A stretch of 64,000 nt of DNA from Vitrella brassicaformis CCMP3155 (lineage: Eukaryota; Protista; Chromerida). Both the position numbers and the translations under genes were made by a program. The stretch is from assembly GCA_001179505.1 (NCBI GenBank), contig CDMY01000260.1:62001-126000 (forward strand), read 5' to 3'. This document shows positions 62,623 through 64,000 of this stretch, in pieces (within the stretch, counting starts at the first letter, position 1; each line of letters begins with the position of its first letter). The notes below the pieces were generated by a model, which did not search any database, was not told where the DNA came from, and saw only the letters and a list, made by a program, of their open reading frames with translations.

Positions 62623-64000
62623 TCAGAAGTCTGGTTGGAAGATGGCATCCAAGTCGTGCAGTTTCTTCACCAACGGCACCATTGATTTGCTGCAGCAGAT
62701 AACGACACGACAGATAAACAATGAGTTGCTGTAGCGCGTGTGGGATCAGCTTATCAAACTTACTCGTATGACCCGTCTGATGTCACCAAGAAGACCGGCT
62801 TCTGACCTTGAGTCTTTTCCAGCGTCTCCACGAAGTCGCCATCCTTCAGTGCACAGGAAATGGAGAACGATCGCATCACAGATTGCCATAGATAAACGAA
62901 TGTGTGCAACATACCCCAGCCACGAAGACCACCGCTGCGATCTCGGGGTCGTCGGCCATCTCTTTCAGCTTGTCAGCGATTGCGATGTCAGCACCCTTCT
63001 GTTGACGATTTGACTTCAGCCTACACGGAAGAGGGGGCAGGTGCGTCTGTTCTCTCGCCATGATGTGTGTGCCGCATCTCACATACTTGGCCTCATGGAT
63101 TTTCGCCATGTGTTCAATGCCCTTGTGGAAGTTCTTGAGAGCTTTCTGGGCTGCCATGGTGCTCATGTCGTCGGGCCGTGTGCTCACCACATAGGTGCTG
63201 TTGGGGGTGATCTCATACTGAGGCCATTTGTAGCCGAAGCAGCTGATTAGGTACTGGAAGCCCTCGGGCGTCATGGAACGTTCCGTGAGGGCAACATGCC
63301 TTTTGTCCAGGAAGGCCGAGTCGATGATCACGGCAGCAGCTCCTCGACTGCACACACACACATTACTCACCTTACTCGCTCTCTCTGCCTGGCAGTCATG
63401 GAACCTGTTCATGGTCGTTGCTGGGGGTCCGTTCAGAGGTGGTGGAGACACACGACCCGGCGTGGGTGTGGGTGCGGTAGGTGTGGCTGTGCGGGGCGGC
63501 GTGCCAGCGGAAGGCAGTCGCCCTTGGTACTGCTTCTTGATCGCCTCTAGCTCCCTGAGGCACTTAGCTACGGCATCCGGCTGGTCTGTAGTGTTATCAC
63601 ACAGAACGGAAGGGACATGTGCCTGTCGTGGCCTTCGTGTGTCTCTATCTATATGGGCTGACCTTTGACTTTGATAATTGTGCTGTTGTCGTTTCGGTGG
63701 GGGATAGAAATGTCAATCACATCTGACACATAAGCGTTTTCAGCACAAGGGGCATGTGTTTGGTTCATCCGGCCTTCCAGTGATGTGCGTACCCCGTCCG
63801 CCGCATCGATCGCGCAGGGCCGTGACGGTCGAGCCGCCCTTGCCGATGTAAAGACCAGCCACGTCCTGCACTCATACACCATACGCACAAGAGAGGCGCG
63901 TGTGTACGTGCTCCGCCGGTTCCGTGTCTGTGTGTGTGTGTGCGTGTGTGTGCATGGGTATCTCACCGATGCCTCCATGTCGAACGTGGTCTCGATCTCA
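62623..64000 (-). CDS. KH-domain + NYN (LabA/DUF88-type PIN) ribonuclease; 5' end lies beyond the window
   Basis: In-phase exons EIETTFDMEAS/DVAGLYIGKGGSTVTALRDRCGGR/DVIDISIP..STIIKVK/DQPDAVAKCLRELEAIKK (KH with GKGG loop), then a P/T linker, then VIIDSAFL...QQKGADIAIADKL...VVFVAG/DGDFVETLEK..KPVFLV../DKSMVPLVKKLHDLDAIFQPDF*. Confidence 0.8.

Larger units (their letters stand above)
60400..62670. repeat. Apparently identical direct duplication, 60400-61045 and 62025-62670 (offset 1625)
   Basis: The same text occurs in both places, and the ORF track lists identical peptides offset by 1625. Confidence 0.95.

Overview
Intron-rich, GC-rich eukaryotic genomic window. Short GT-AG introns are filled with (TG)n, (GGAT)n and (CAGA)n microsatellites, and the window encodes a CDPK. 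This style suggests a chromerid alveolate such as Vitrella (inference only). Hand splicing gives about 22 protein genes, many in tight head-to-head pairs. Recognisable genes: 2OG-Fe(II) dioxygenase, CEP76, PPP1R21, two inverted copies of RNase H2 subunit C, maspardin/SPG21, a FAM166/CIMIP2-like ciliary protein, UDP-sugar pyrophosphorylase, URB2, a GT34 glycosyltransferase, a CDPK, an EamA transporter, an ankyrin-like protein and an AFG1-type ATPase. There is also a tRNA-His gene, a non-LTR retrotransposon endonuclease relic and four 300-N gaps. The most unusual items are: (1) a tandemly duplicated KH + LabA/DUF88-type NYN ribonuclease gene at the right edge; (2) one spliced gene joining a TM helix, coiled coils, C2-like segments and an AP-2 alpha-adaptin ear; (3) a 156-aa RGG + Cys/His finger + H-Y-E ADP-ribosyltransferase-like protein; (4) a CENP-B/pogo-type HTH gene with a frameshifted paralog sharing an intron position. 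All domain calls come from motif recall, not database searches.
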